Assembly (NCBI GenBank): GCA_964621445.1
Contig: CAZUNO010000014.1
Location: 11,991-75,990 of the forward strand
Length of the DNA stretch: 64,000 bases
Reading direction: 5' to 3'
Origin: Candidatus Hadarchaeota archaeon
Lineage (GTDB): Archaea > CAYQAE01 > CAYVLA01
Within the stretch, counting starts at the first letter, position 1. Each line of letters begins with the position of its first letter. A program made the translations under genes and the position numbers. The notes under the pieces are model-generated. The model was given only the letters and a program-made list of their open reading frames with translations. It was not told where the DNA came from and searched no databases. Below, in pieces: positions 40,777 through 50,615 of this stretch.

Positions 40777-41763
40777 TTATTTATAAATTTCTATTGATTT
40801 TTTGTATCCCTCGACGGTTTGCTTAGCCGCCTGGTCATAGGTATATCGATCAAGGATATATTTTGCACGCTGAGGACCTTTTGAGCCGGGCTCTGCGAGT
40901 GCGTTCTCTATTGCCTGGGCTATGCTTTCGGGGTCCAGACCACAGTAGTAGGCGTGGTCCCCGAAGTACTCCTTGGTGCTCCCCCGACGGGCCACCACTA
41001 CCGGGGTCCCGCAGCTCGCCGCCTCCAGGGCCGCCAGTCCCGGGGTCTCGAAGTAGCTGGGTTGAACCAGGACCCTGGCCCTCCGCATTAGGTTGCTCAG
41101 GAATGAGCGGTCGGTGCGTGGTTCAAGGATTTGGTAGTCTATACCCGTCTTGTCAAGGAGGCGTTTGCACTTCCTGGCGTAGGTCATGGGATCGGGCTCG
41201 CCGATCAATACCATCTTGGGATCACCGTCCAGGGTGGCCACGGCCCTTATGGCCTGGTGGAGGTTCTTTCTCAGCTCCCATCGACCCACGTAAAGGATAT
41301 CGGAGTCCGGCACCTGGACCTCGGCAAGGTCAGGGAACTCGGATTCAACGGCGTTATGGACCACGGTGTAGGGCTTGGCTATCTCGAAGGTCCCGACCAG
41401 CGTTCCGTACTCGCTGTAACTGTTTGGAAGCCAATAGTCAGGAAGGTTATAGATCTTCTTCAACCTCACGGGGTCCCTGTCTCCCCTGCCACCACCGAAC
41501 TCGAAGCAGGGCCAGAAGATGGTCGAGAATGCAATGGGTGATCCCAGCTCCCTTGCGAATCGGAGGCGGCGCAGGGTCCGGGCGAACAGTATGTCATGGA
41601 ATATGTGTATGACATCGACCGGGGTGTGGACCTTCTTGGGGAAATTATTGTCCAGGGCGGGGATAACCTCAACGTATTCTCTAAGATGATCCATGGTGAG
41701 CTTTAGCTGGGTCTCGGAGCCCCCGATACCGGTTTTCCCTGCCACAAGTACCTTCATTATCAA
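40777..41763 (-). CDS. Glycosyltransferase family 4
   Basis: LYVGR...KN and PSYFETPGLAALEAASCGTPVV. Confidence 0.9.
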   Translation of the reverse strand: MIMKVLVAGKTGIGGSETQLKLTMDHLREYVEVIPALDNNFPKKVHTPVDVIHIFHDILFARTLRRLRFARELGSPIAFSTIFWPCFEFGGGRGDRDPVRLKKIYNLPDYWLPNSYSEYGTLVGTFEIAKPYTVVHNAVESEFPDLAEVQVPDSDILYVGRWELRKNLHQAIRAVATLDGDPKMVLIGEPDPMTYARKCKRLLDKTGIDYQILEPRTDRSFLSNLMRRARVLVQPSYFETPGLAALEAASCGTPVVVARRGSTKEYFGDHAYYCGLDPESIAQAIENALAEPGSKGPQRAKYILDRYTYDQAAKQTVEGYKKSIEIYK

Positions 41764-41844
41764 TAATTTTTCTTTGTGCCCACAAAAAACTTGGGATAGT
41801 GCTTGGCCTGGGCCAGGTTATCGAAGAGCGGTTACTGGGACGGA

Positions 41845-42249
41845 TTAAGGCTGTTGATTCTCAAGGGCGGCTTTCTTGGCCAGCTCATGGGCACGGTTTT
41901 GGTCGGATGAAACGTGGGACATCTCCACCGAATCGAATCCCTCCAGGAGATCAAGGCACCGCCTGTTTAGCGGTTTGAGGTGATTTTTTCGGACCCGGTA
42001 ATCACCCTTTATCTGTTTTAGCACCAGCAAACTATCGGTCTTCACCGAGATGTCCTTGGCCCCAAGTTTGCTCGCCCTCTCCAGACCCAGAATCATGGCC
42101 TGGTACTCGGCCACATTATTGGTGGTCGTACCAAGTCTCTTCTTTCCCCTCTCGATTTCCTCTCCGTCAAGGGATATTATATAGCCGGCCCCGGCCTTTC
42201 CCGGATTGCCCCTGGACGCTCCATCGATTTCAACGGTCAGACGGGGCAA
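41845..42249 (-). CDS. rnhA: Ribonuclease HI
   Basis: IDGASRGNPG, TNNVAEY and TDSLLV motifs. Confidence 0.92.
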   Translation of the reverse strand: MPRLTVEIDGASRGNPGKAGAGYIISLDGEEIERGKKRLGTTTNNVAEYQAMILGLERASKLGAKDISVKTDSLLVLKQIKGDYRVRKNHLKPLNRRCLDLLEGFDSVEMSHVSSDQNRAHELAKKAALENQQP

Positions 42250-42263
42250 GGATCAGATCCCCT

Positions 42264-43373
42264 CTAGATCTTGCCGTGGTGTGAATCTATTATCTTGGAT
42301 CTCTCCTTTCGGAGCTCCCTCTCAATCCTCTTCAACGCGGTCTGGCATACGGTTAGCAGGTCCCATCCCTCCGCCTGGGCCACGTGCTGGTCGGGAACCG
42401 GGAAGGAGACCTTTACTTCATATCTCTTCCTCTTGGACCCCTGGTGGTGGTAACTCTTGACGGTGAGCTTTGGGGTCTCGACGTTTTGCCATCGGCTGGA
42501 GATCTTTCCCGCCATGGCCCTGAGATCCGAAATGACCTTGTCGGCAACCATGGGATCCTCACCCTCCAGGCCCTTGACCTGGACTGGAATCTTTGATTCC
42601 TCTCTGGTAGCAGTTAGGATGCTATGTATATTCAGTTGGCCGAGTATCTCCTCGTCCTCCACGATGGTGATCTCGTTCAGCTTGCTAGAGCACATCATAG
42701 CCACCACGTCATGGACGCCGGTCCCGACTTCTATCCTACTTCCGTCCTCCTTTGCTAGGGTCTTTGCCGGGTTTCTGAGGGGGTGATCCTTCTCCCCAAC
42801 GAATTCTCCAGTGCCTCTAACCCCCTTTTCGGGGGAGATCATGTACCTATGTATGCTGGAGAAGGAGATCCAACCCACTAGGTCACCGCTTCCCTCCACC
42901 AGAGGTATTGATTCGAGGTCGTTCTGTCTGAGGGCGGTTCCTGCCTCGGATATGGAGACATCGGATGAGATAGGGGGCACTATCTGATCGCTAATTTCCT
43001 CAACCGATATGCCTCTTATGGAGCGGTCCTGAAAGGCCAGATCTCGGGCCAGTACAGCGCCCTGGAATTCGTCCTTATCGATTACTGGAAGTATATCGCA
43101 CCTGGATTGTACGGTGCGGGCGATTGCATCCTTTATGCTCTCCGACTTTTCCAGAACCGGGGGGTGGGAGATGAGACGCCCTGCCTTGGTTTCGGGTGAT
43201 AGTGGGGGACGGAGCAGTTGGGATCTCATTACATTTCCCACGAAGGTGTTGCCGTCCCGAACGAGGGCTGCGTTACACCTCGTTCTGGTTATGAATTGGG
43301 CGATCCTATTGATGGTATCCTCGGGTTGGACAAGAGGTATCTTGGTTCGCGTTAGAGATTCGACATTTGGCAT
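42264..43373 (-). CDS. Four-CBS-domain protein with a C-terminal HPF/RaiA-like domain (archaeal ribosome hibernation factor-like)
   Basis: Two CBS pairs, then a tail ...YEVKVSF..AQAEGWDLLTVCQTALKRIERELRK resembling the HPF fold. Confidence 0.72.
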   Translation of the reverse strand: MPNVESLTRTKIPLVQPEDTINRIAQFITRTRCNAALVRDGNTFVGNVMRSQLLRPPLSPETKAGRLISHPPVLEKSESIKDAIARTVQSRCDILPVIDKDEFQGAVLARDLAFQDRSIRGISVEEISDQIVPPISSDVSISEAGTALRQNDLESIPLVEGSGDLVGWISFSSIHRYMISPEKGVRGTGEFVGEKDHPLRNPAKTLAKEDGSRIEVGTGVHDVVAMMCSSKLNEITIVEDEEILGQLNIHSILTATREESKIPVQVKGLEGEDPMVADKVISDLRAMAGKISSRWQNVETPKLTVKSYHHQGSKRKRYEVKVSFPVPDQHVAQAEGWDLLTVCQTALKRIERELRKERSKIIDSHHGKI

Positions 43374-43534
43374 CCATTATCCCGTTCCTTACTTGATCCC
43401 TCGGTCCTTACATATAGTGTATAAAGCCATATGATACCGGAAGACAAGGGACCTAATGCAAATTCTCACCATGGAATTAAACTAATTCCCTTTTCCGGGG
43501 CCTCTGCAGTTCTGGGAACCTCCCATATGGACGG

Positions 43535-44452
43535 TTAGATTTCTTCACGTGAACGGAAGAGGTAACCCAGGATCTTATAGATCAGCCTGGCCGCAAGGAA
43601 CTGGCTCCTGTTATCCCCCTGTATGGGGTTCAGTTCGACCAGGTCGACTGCCACTAGGTTGCATTCCTGGACGATCCGCCTTATCCTCGGTAGCAGATCA
43701 TCGTAATGGGGCCCCGAGGGTTCAGGAGTTCCCACGGCGGGAAGGTCAGCTGGGTTGAAGACGTCCAGGTCTATTGAGAGGTGGAGGGGGCGTTCCGGTT
43801 CCGATAACACCGATTCCAGTGCCCTGTCCATGGATTTCAGGTTCGGCCTCCTGGGCTGGCTCTCCTTCCAAAAATGGACCATCAGATCGTTTTCACGTAT
43901 GAGATCCCATTCCTCCCGGCTACATGAACGAACCCCGACCACGGTGAGGTTCCTTGTGGCCTCCCACATCCGGCGCACCGTGCACGCATGGCTGAAGGTG
44001 GAGCCCTCGTAGCTGTCCCGGAGGTCGGAGTGAGCATCCAGGCAAAGAACCCCCAGGTCTTCATGAACCTCCTTCGCAGAGAAGGTTACGGGCACTGAGA
44101 CCGTATGCTCCCCGCCCAGTACGATTGGTAGTTTCCCTTTCCGGAGGAGGCCTGACAGGACTGTGCTCACCCTATCGATGGTTTTCCGGACATTGCCCCT
44201 CACCGGTTCAACGCCGCTCATGGTGTGTATTCCCAGGTCCACAGGTGAACATTCCAGCTCGTGGTCGAATAGCTCCATGAATCGTGAGGCATCAATTATG
44301 GATTCCGGTCCGTAACGTGCACCCGGCCGGTATGACTGGGTTGAATCGAAGGGGACGGGGATGATCACCGCCTTTGCCTCCTGAAGGGGCGGGTTCCTGA
44401 CACCACAGAAGGTGAAGGGGGGCCACTTGGGGACGTATTTGTCCTGAGTCAT
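43535..44452 (-). CDS. speB: Agmatinase
   Basis: GARYGP, LGGEH, DAHSD, SIDLDVF, GTPEP and VELNP motifs. Confidence 0.93.
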   Translation of the reverse strand: MTQDKYVPKWPPFTFCGVRNPPLQEAKAVIIPVPFDSTQSYRPGARYGPESIIDASRFMELFDHELECSPVDLGIHTMSGVEPVRGNVRKTIDRVSTVLSGLLRKGKLPIVLGGEHTVSVPVTFSAKEVHEDLGVLCLDAHSDLRDSYEGSTFSHACTVRRMWEATRNLTVVGVRSCSREEWDLIRENDLMVHFWKESQPRRPNLKSMDRALESVLSEPERPLHLSIDLDVFNPADLPAVGTPEPSGPHYDDLLPRIRRIVQECNLVAVDLVELNPIQGDNRSQFLAARLIYKILGYLFRSREEI

Positions 44453-44538
44453 GGTTGCATATATTCTGATTCGCCCATAAATCTGCTTCTGGTAGCCAGG
44501 GCTCAACGGAACACCTTTTTATCGATAAGAAGGGCAGC

Positions 44539-46158
44539 GTGTTCATGGTCGATGTTAGTCCCGAGCAGGTCAAGGTACAAGGAGTGGCCGACCCAACGAT
44601 TTACGAGGATTACGCAGAAAGGGAGCTTAGAAGGTGGCTGGAGGGGATCGCCGACCAGGATGACCCCACCAGTAAGCAGGCCGTAATTCAACTGGTGGCA
44701 GATGGTTCACTTTCCGGTGAGGAGTTCTCGATAATCCCGGCAGAGTATGGTATCAGGATATCCGGAGGAAGACCCCGGGGGGTGCTTTACGGGGTGTACG
44801 AGTTCCTTGACCGTTATGGAGGGGTCAGGTGGCTCAGTCACGATTGTACACATACGCCCGATAAGGGGATCCTTTCGATCCCTGAACCCGGTATCTGCTT
44901 TGAGCCGCTTCTATCATACAGGGAACCCTACATTACCGAGGCCTTTGACGGTGACTGGTCGGCCAGGAACAGGATGAACTCAAACAGGGCCGATCTCCAG
45001 GACTATCACGGGGGAAAGATAACCTATGCGGGATTCGTTCACACATTCAACAAGCTAGTCCCGCCCGAGGAATATTTCTCCTCTCACCCCGAGTACTTCT
45101 CGGAGTTGGACGGGGAGAGGATCTCGGAAAAGACCCAGCTCTGCCTAACTAACCCCGATGTGGTGCGCATTGCCGCCCAGAGGGCCATATCTTGGCTGAG
45201 GGAGAATCCCCAGGCGGACATCGTCTCCGTAAGCCAGAATGATTGGCGAAATCCCTGCCAGTGTAGGGAGTGTTCCAGGATTGACGAGGAGGAGGGAACG
45301 CATGCCGGCTCTCTTTTGCATTTCGTGAACCGCGTTGCCGAAAGGATCGAGGAGGAGTTCCCGGATAAGTTGGTTGACACCCTGGCCTATCAGTACACCC
45401 GCAAGCCGCCCAGGAACATCAGGCCCAGAAAAAACGTGGTGGTTCGGCTGTGCAGCATCGAATGCTGCTTCTCGCACCCTCTGGCCGAGTGCCCGGAAAA
45501 CAGGGAATTCAGAACCGATACCCAGGGATGGTCGAGGGTGGCTCATACCCTTCACGTTTGGGATTATGTCACCAACTTCAGGCATTATCTCATGCCCTTC
45601 CCAAATCTGAGGGTCCTTCAGCCTAACGTGAGGTTCTTCGCCTACAACAGCGTGAAGGGCATATTCGAGGAGGGCAACTACTCCGATGGAGGCGGGGGAG
45701 CATTCGCAGCCCTGAAGTCATATCTCCTCTCCCGGATATTGTGGAAACCTTACTGTGATCTGGAGTCGGCGATGGAGGAGTTCACCGAGGGATACTATGG
45801 GGAGGCAGGAAAGGGTGTCAGGGAGTACATCGATTTGCTTCACGACGACGTGGAGAGCAAGGGAGTACACGTAAGGATATACGATGACCCGGATCACTTC
45901 CTGGACATGGATATGATAGATAACTACGAATCCATCATCCAGGATGCGGAGAAGAAGTGCCGGAACCCCGACGAAAAGGCCAGGGTCAGGAAGGTGCGAC
46001 TTCCACTAGCCTATTCCAGGATGTTCCTGATGGAAGAGGGTGACCAGAAGCGAAGGTTGATGCGTGAATTTGTCGAGGAGTGCAGGGCATTGGGGATTAC
46101 CGAGGTTTCCGAGAGGAAGTCGGTGGGCGAGTTCGACAAAAGAGTAGAAAACCAATAG
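44539..46158 (+). CDS. DUF4838 domain protein (GH20/GH67-like N-terminal domain plus TIM barrel)
   Basis: RGVLYGVYEFL, HPEYF, QLCLTNP, SQND..CQC..C and LAYQYT motifs. Confidence 0.82.
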   Translation: MFMVDVSPEQVKVQGVADPTIYEDYAERELRRWLEGIADQDDPTSKQAVIQLVADGSLSGEEFSIIPAEYGIRISGGRPRGVLYGVYEFLDRYGGVRWLSHDCTHTPDKGILSIPEPGICFEPLLSYREPYITEAFDGDWSARNRMNSNRADLQDYHGGKITYAGFVHTFNKLVPPEEYFSSHPEYFSELDGERISEKTQLCLTNPDVVRIAAQRAISWLRENPQADIVSVSQNDWRNPCQCRECSRIDEEEGTHAGSLLHFVNRVAERIEEEFPDKLVDTLAYQYTRKPPRNIRPRKNVVVRLCSIECCFSHPLAECPENREFRTDTQGWSRVAHTLHVWDYVTNFRHYLMPFPNLRVLQPNVRFFAYNSVKGIFEEGNYSDGGGGAFAALKSYLLSRILWKPYCDLESAMEEFTEGYYGEAGKGVREYIDLLHDDVESKGVHVRIYDDPDHFLDMDMIDNYESIIQDAEKKCRNPDEKARVRKVRLPLAYSRMFLMEEGDQKRRLMREFVEECRALGITEVSERKSVGEFDKRVENQ

Positions 46159-46345
46159 ATAAGAGAATATATTGTAATATACAAATATACAAAAAATTGT
46201 TAGCAAATAAAACCATGAGACGAATTTGGGATTCAAAGGCAAATATACGTGTCGAAAAATGCGTTAAAATATTTCGTGTAAAACATTGGGATAACACTAA
46301 TTTTAAACAAAACCACTTTATTTTCATAACAAATACATATATACT

Positions 46346-46445
46346 GGATCCCAAGGGACTTCGCGGTCGGCTTCCATTTTTAATCAGGAAAGGGGAACAT
46401 AGGGGATTCTTCTCAGGCGACCTCTACCTGATTTCCTTGGGGTCT
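46346..46445 (+). ncRNA. Candidate structured RNA upstream of asd
   Basis: 12-bp closing stem, nested helices with G-U pairs that work on the + strand, and a possible pseudoknot. Confidence 0.35.
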
Positions 46446-46542
46446 ACTTATTTTCACTTCCCGGCCCGGTAATAGGGAAAGATTCAAAACTGAACCCTTT
46501 TAGGGGAGTCCGAATCGAAGCTAGAGTCGAGAGTGCGTTGAT

Positions 46543-47604
46543 ATGTCACTAGAGGTCACGGTCGTAGGAGTGGGTATGGTGGGGGATCGGATCCTATCCA
46601 TACTCAAGGAAAGGGATTTTCCCATGGAATGGCCCCCCGTGGTTTGCGCCACCCACGAGAGGGAGGAGGAACTCGCCGGGGAGACCGTATTGGTCGAGGA
46701 GACCGATGAGGATAGCTTCAAGGACGCCGACGTGGTTTTCTTCGCTGGAAGGGAGGGTGCGAAGGGCGCCAGCGTAATGTGGCGGGAAAGCGCGGAGAGG
46801 GCCGGAGCCATAAGCATCGATAACGGTTCGGATTTCCGAATGGATCCCGCGGTTCCCCTGGTGGTCCCCGAGGTTAATATGGATGCCGTTTCGGAGGAGG
46901 ACCGATTCATCTCCAGTCCTAACTGCTCAACCATACCCATGGCCATGATTATCTCCTGTCTGGAGGCGGAGACCGAGGTGGAGAGGGTGGTTGTTTCAAC
47001 CTACCAGAGCGTGTCCGGGTGGGGGGTCAAGGCCAACCAGGAACTGATGAACCAGCTGCCCTACGCCATGGAATCGAAGGAGGATATCCCCTTCGACCCC
47101 ACCGTACTGGCGCAGCCCATAGTCTTCAATTACATTCCCCACATAGACAGCTTCAAGGAGACCGGTTACACCAAGGAGGAAATGAAGATGGTTCATGAAA
47201 CCCAGAAGATCCTGGGGAATGAATCAGTGGCCATCAGTCCCACTACGGTGAGAGTCCCGGTCCCCATAGGTCACGGCGAGAGCATCAACCTGGAGATGAG
47301 GGATGGTATCGATGCCGATGAGGCGCGTGACCTGCTATCGAATTTCCCAGGGATTACGGTGGTCGATGAACCAAACCCCGATAATCCGCGAAATGATCCC
47401 CTGGAAAGGACCTATCCGACGGCCCGTGACCTCAGTAAGCCCCAATACAGGGACGATGTCCTGGTGGGCCGGATCAGGAATGATCCAACTGTTGAAAACG
47501 GGATCAATCTATGGTGCGTCTCCGATAACCTGAGAAAGGGCGCCGCTCTCAATGTAATTCAGATAGCCGAGGCACTAATAGATAGGGAAACCCTCAGTCC
47601 CTAG
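46543..47604 (+). CDS. asd: Aspartate-semialdehyde dehydrogenase
   Basis: IDNGSDFRM, PLVVPEVN, PNCST, STYQSVSG, EEMKM, RVPV..GH and DNLRKGAALN motifs. Confidence 0.95.
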   Translation: MSLEVTVVGVGMVGDRILSILKERDFPMEWPPVVCATHEREEELAGETVLVEETDEDSFKDADVVFFAGREGAKGASVMWRESAERAGAISIDNGSDFRMDPAVPLVVPEVNMDAVSEEDRFISSPNCSTIPMAMIISCLEAETEVERVVVSTYQSVSGWGVKANQELMNQLPYAMESKEDIPFDPTVLAQPIVFNYIPHIDSFKETGYTKEEMKMVHETQKILGNESVAISPTTVRVPVPIGHGESINLEMRDGIDADEARDLLSNFPGITVVDEPNPDNPRNDPLERTYPTARDLSKPQYRDDVLVGRIRNDPTVENGINLWCVSDNLRKGAALNVIQIAEALIDRETLSP

Positions 47605-47691
47605 ATAGGTAACCAATAAGCGTTCAAACACCAGTTCCTAGTGTAACGTTTAAGAATTGCTCCACTTTTGAGTTTTTCGAGGTGACTTTAA

Positions 47692-47880
47692 GTGAAGGCA
47701 GTGGTAGATGAGGAACTTTGTACGGGATGTGAACTCTGCGTTGAAACTTGTCCAGAGGTATTCGAGATGAAAGGAGACGTCAGCGTGGCAATTGTGGATG
47801 TCGTACCCGAGGATGCCGAGGACTGTGCCGAACAGGCGGCGGAGGAATGTCCCGTTCAGGCCATCGTAATAGAGGAGTAG
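47692..47880 (+). CDS. Monocluster ferredoxin
   Basis: CTGCELC...CPEVF...CPVQAI. Confidence 0.92.
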   Translation: MKAVVDEELCTGCELCVETCPEVFEMKGDVSVAIVDVVPEDAEDCAEQAAEECPVQAIVIEE

Positions 47881-47923
47881 ATGGCCCAAACGGAAAATCA
47901 GTTGATCTTCAATTATTCTAAAC

Positions 47924-47966
47924 GGGTTGGAGTATCCGAGTTTTTTTGGCTTCAACCCCTCTTTTT
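47924..47966 (+). terminator. Hairpin plus T-tract after the ferredoxin gene
   Basis: GGGTTGGAG...CTTCAACCC stem followed by CTCTTTTT. Confidence 0.45.
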
Positions 47967-48053
47967 ATATTACCTTTTCGCCAAGTTCTGGCGTCTACTG
48001 ACCGCTAGGAGCACAGATATATCAGGTAAAACACCCGCTTTAGCTGAAAGCCG

Positions 48054-48686
48054 ATGAACGAGACCCAAGAATTGAAGCTGCCTGACCATATCCTGGTCAG
48101 GAAGGGGGATAGAGTCACGGTAACCGAGAGAAGTTCGGGCGAGAGGAGGGCCATCAGTACCCGAGGGTCCATGCAGGTTGAGAGGTCAAGACCCAGGGTA
48201 AGGTTCCTAGCGGCCCTGGCCTCCGGTGTCCTGGCAGTATACTTCTCCTATATGTTCATCCCCAGAGTCTTCTCATCCCCCGTGGAGATGGTTCTACTCC
48301 CGGTCCTGGTTTCCCTTCCCATAATCCTGGACTTCATTTTTAATGGCAAGGTGGCCCTCGTATCCTATATCATCGCCTTCCTGGCCTTCGCAATATATGA
48401 GGGGGTTGCTTCCGGCCAGGAGGTCAGCCTGGGAATGATATTCCTGATAAGCGAATCCGCTCAGGGATCAGAATATCTATTTGTGCCAGCCTCGGACATG
48501 GTGACCGCCATGTTCATGGGTCTACTTCCCTTTCTGACCCTGCGAATGGTCGGTCAGGCCATGGCCAGACTCAGGGTACATATCCCCTCCTCGGAAGGGG
48601 AGTACGTCATGGAACTGAGCCACGGCGGTCTTGTAAAGGAACTGGAATCCTTCCTGGAAGAGAACGGGGTGAAGGTAGGTTCATGA
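48054..48686 (+). CDS. Hypothetical membrane protein
   Basis: About 4-5 hydrophobic segments; the stop overlaps the next start. Confidence 0.65.
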   Translation: MNETQELKLPDHILVRKGDRVTVTERSSGERRAISTRGSMQVERSRPRVRFLAALASGVLAVYFSYMFIPRVFSSPVEMVLLPVLVSLPIILDFIFNGKVALVSYIIAFLAFAIYEGVASGQEVSLGMIFLISESAQGSEYLFVPASDMVTAMFMGLLPFLTLRMVGQAMARLRVHIPSSEGEYVMELSHGGLVKELESFLEENGVKVGS

Positions 48687-49396
48687 GCTTTGCCCGGCGA
48701 GAATTGCCGGAAAACGTGATCGATGACCCCGATCTGAGGAACTCTATTAACGTATTTTCTAACAGGCTTGAGGCCGGAGAGAGGTTAGAAGATTTAATTG
48801 GTTCCCGGTTGGAGGGACCAGCCCACGTGTTCGCCATACCCTCGGGCGGGATACCGGTTGGCATGGAGGTGGCCCGGCATCTGAATTCCCAACTGCGCAT
48901 GCTACCGGTCAGGAAGCTGACCATACCCGGTAACCCCGAGGCGGGATACGGAGCAATTTCCCTGACCGGGAAGACGGTTTTTAACCAACGCCTCCTACGG
49001 TCCCTGGCCCTCGAGGATGAGGATATCTCCAGGTCTAAGGAGGAGGCAAGGGAGAAGATAGAGCGAAGGGTGGAAGAATTCGAGCTGAGCACGGACCTCC
49101 AGGACCTGAAGGGAAGGGATGTCCTGGTGGTGGACGACGGACTTGCCTCCGGCTACACTATGCTGTGTGCTATAGAAACCGTGGTTGATCAACACCCGGA
49201 AAGTCTGGCCGTAGCGGTTCCCACCGGTTCTGCCAGGGCGGTGACCAGGCTTGCCGGGAATTTGGATCTGGTTTTTTGTCTAAACGTCAGGTGGGGCCCG
49301 GTGTTCGCGGTGGCCGATGCTTACCAGAGATGGCATGACCTGAGCGATCGCGAGGTTATTGATCTTATAGATGGATCAAAAATGGGCCATGTTTGA
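48683..49396 (+). CDS. Type I phosphoribosyltransferase family protein
   Basis: AIPSGG, RKL..PGNPE and the PRPP loop [13 protein letters not shown]. Confidence 0.9.
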   Translation: MSFARRELPENVIDDPDLRNSINVFSNRLEAGERLEDLIGSRLEGPAHVFAIPSGGIPVGMEVARHLNSQLRMLPVRKLTIPGNPEAGYGAISLTGKTVFNQRLLRSLALEDEDISRSKEEAREKIERRVEEFELSTDLQDLKGRDVLVVDDGLASGYTMLCAIETVVDQHPESLAVAVPTGSARAVTRLAGNLDLVFCLNVRWGPVFAVADAYQRWHDLSDREVIDLIDGSKMGHV

Positions 49397-49449
49397 GGTC
49401 GATACAAGCATTTAAGAGATTTAAGAGAAACCTATCCATCGGTGTTGGG

Positions 49450-49731
49450 TTGTTCTTCCCGGGAATAGGGCCTACTGAGCTGTTGCTCATACTAGCAATC
49501 GTGCTTCTCATCTTCGGCGGAAAGAAGATACCGGAGCTCATGAGATCGATGGGGGAGGGAGTAAAGGAGTTCAAGAAGGCCTCCAAGGAGCTTAGCGAGG
49601 AGGAGTCCCCCAAAAAGAACGAGGAGAAAAAGGAGGATCTAAAGGGAGCGGCCCGGGCGCTGGGTATCTCCACCGAGGGAAAGACTGATGAGGAGCTGCG
49701 GAAGGAGATATCTGAAAACGTAAAGGGCTAA
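49450..49731 (+). CDS. tatA: Twin-arginine translocase TatA
   Basis: [35 protein letters not shown]. Confidence 0.92.
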   Translation: MFFPGIGPTELLLILAIVLLIFGGKKIPELMRSMGEGVKEFKKASKELSEEESPKKNEEKKEDLKGAARALGISTEGKTDEELRKEISENVKG

Positions 49732-49771
49732 TTCTATCACATTTAAATCGTCTAGGACCCCCCTGGTCACA

Positions 49772-50002
49772 ATGGTTACTGCCTTTGTTATGATAGTGTC
49801 GGAGCCGGGGAAGGAAAAGGAGCTGGCCCAGGAACTTGAGGAAATGCCGCAGGTTAAGCAGATCTGGGAGGTCTACGGCGAGTATGACCTTGTCATTCGC
49901 ATAGTGATCGATAAGCTGCAGGTTCTTGACAGTTTCGTCCGTGAAAAGATTCGAAGGATGTCCTCGGTCCGTCTGACCACCACCATGATCAGCATCGAGT
50001 AG
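49772..50002 (+). CDS. Lrp/AsnC ligand-binding (RAM) domain protein
   Basis: VTAFVMI and VYGEYDLV. TTTAAA lies about 25 nt upstream. Confidence 0.88.
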   Translation: MVTAFVMIVSEPGKEKELAQELEEMPQVKQIWEVYGEYDLVIRIVIDKLQVLDSFVREKIRRMSSVRLTTTMISIE

Positions 50003-50018
50003 AAGCCGAGGGGAGCGG

Positions 50019-50615
50019 TTGGAATACCTCTTTGTTAATTGGCATCATATCGAGACCCTAGTGGCTACTCTGGCAGAATCCATAAGGAAGCGAGATTTTC
50101 GACCCGACATGATCGTGGGGGTCTCCAGAGGCGGTCTGGTTCCCACCCGCCTCCTCTCCGATTACCTGGATGTCCGAAACGTGGCGGTGCTGGGGGTTGC
50201 CTTTTACCAGGACCTGGGAGAGACCGGTAATGAGCCGCGGATAACCCATCCCCTAAGACGGGATGTTGGGGGTAAGAAGGTGGTGCTTGTGGATGACGTA
50301 GCGGACACGGGATCAAGCCTGGAGAAGGCAATGTCCCATGTTTCGGGTCTGGAGCCCTCCAGCCTCCTGGTCTGTACCCTCCACCTAAAGCCCTGGTCCA
50401 CCTTTGAGCCCCACATATACGCGGAGGAGACCGATAAGTGGATTATATATGCCTGGGAAAAGATGGAGGCCGGGTCCCATATAGTGAAGGATGTCGGAAA
50501 TGGGAAAGCTGAGGATGGACTTCTTGCCGCTGGGTTCTCCAGCAATGATATCGAGCTTCTCCGCAGTCTGAAGCTAAAGGGTCTAGACCCTGACACGCTT
50601 GAGAACGAGCATTAA
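50019..50615 (+). CDS. Purine phosphoribosyltransferase (Gpt/Hpt-like)
   Basis: VSRGGL, VVLVDDVADTGSS and WIIYAWE motifs. Confidence 0.88.
   Translation: MEYLFVNWHHIETLVATLAESIRKRDFRPDMIVGVSRGGLVPTRLLSDYLDVRNVAVLGVAFYQDLGETGNEPRITHPLRRDVGGKKVVLVDDVADTGSSLEKAMSHVSGLEPSSLLVCTLHLKPWSTFEPHIYAEETDKWIIYAWEKMEAGSHIVKDVGNGKAEDGLLAAGFSSNDIELLRSLKLKGLDPDTLENEH

Noticed and set aside
46160-46400. Replication origin (AT-rich tract plus ORB-like TTCCA...AAAGGGG)
   Set aside because: Only one poor ORB-like match with the wrong spacing, and no adjacent cdc6/orc1 gene.
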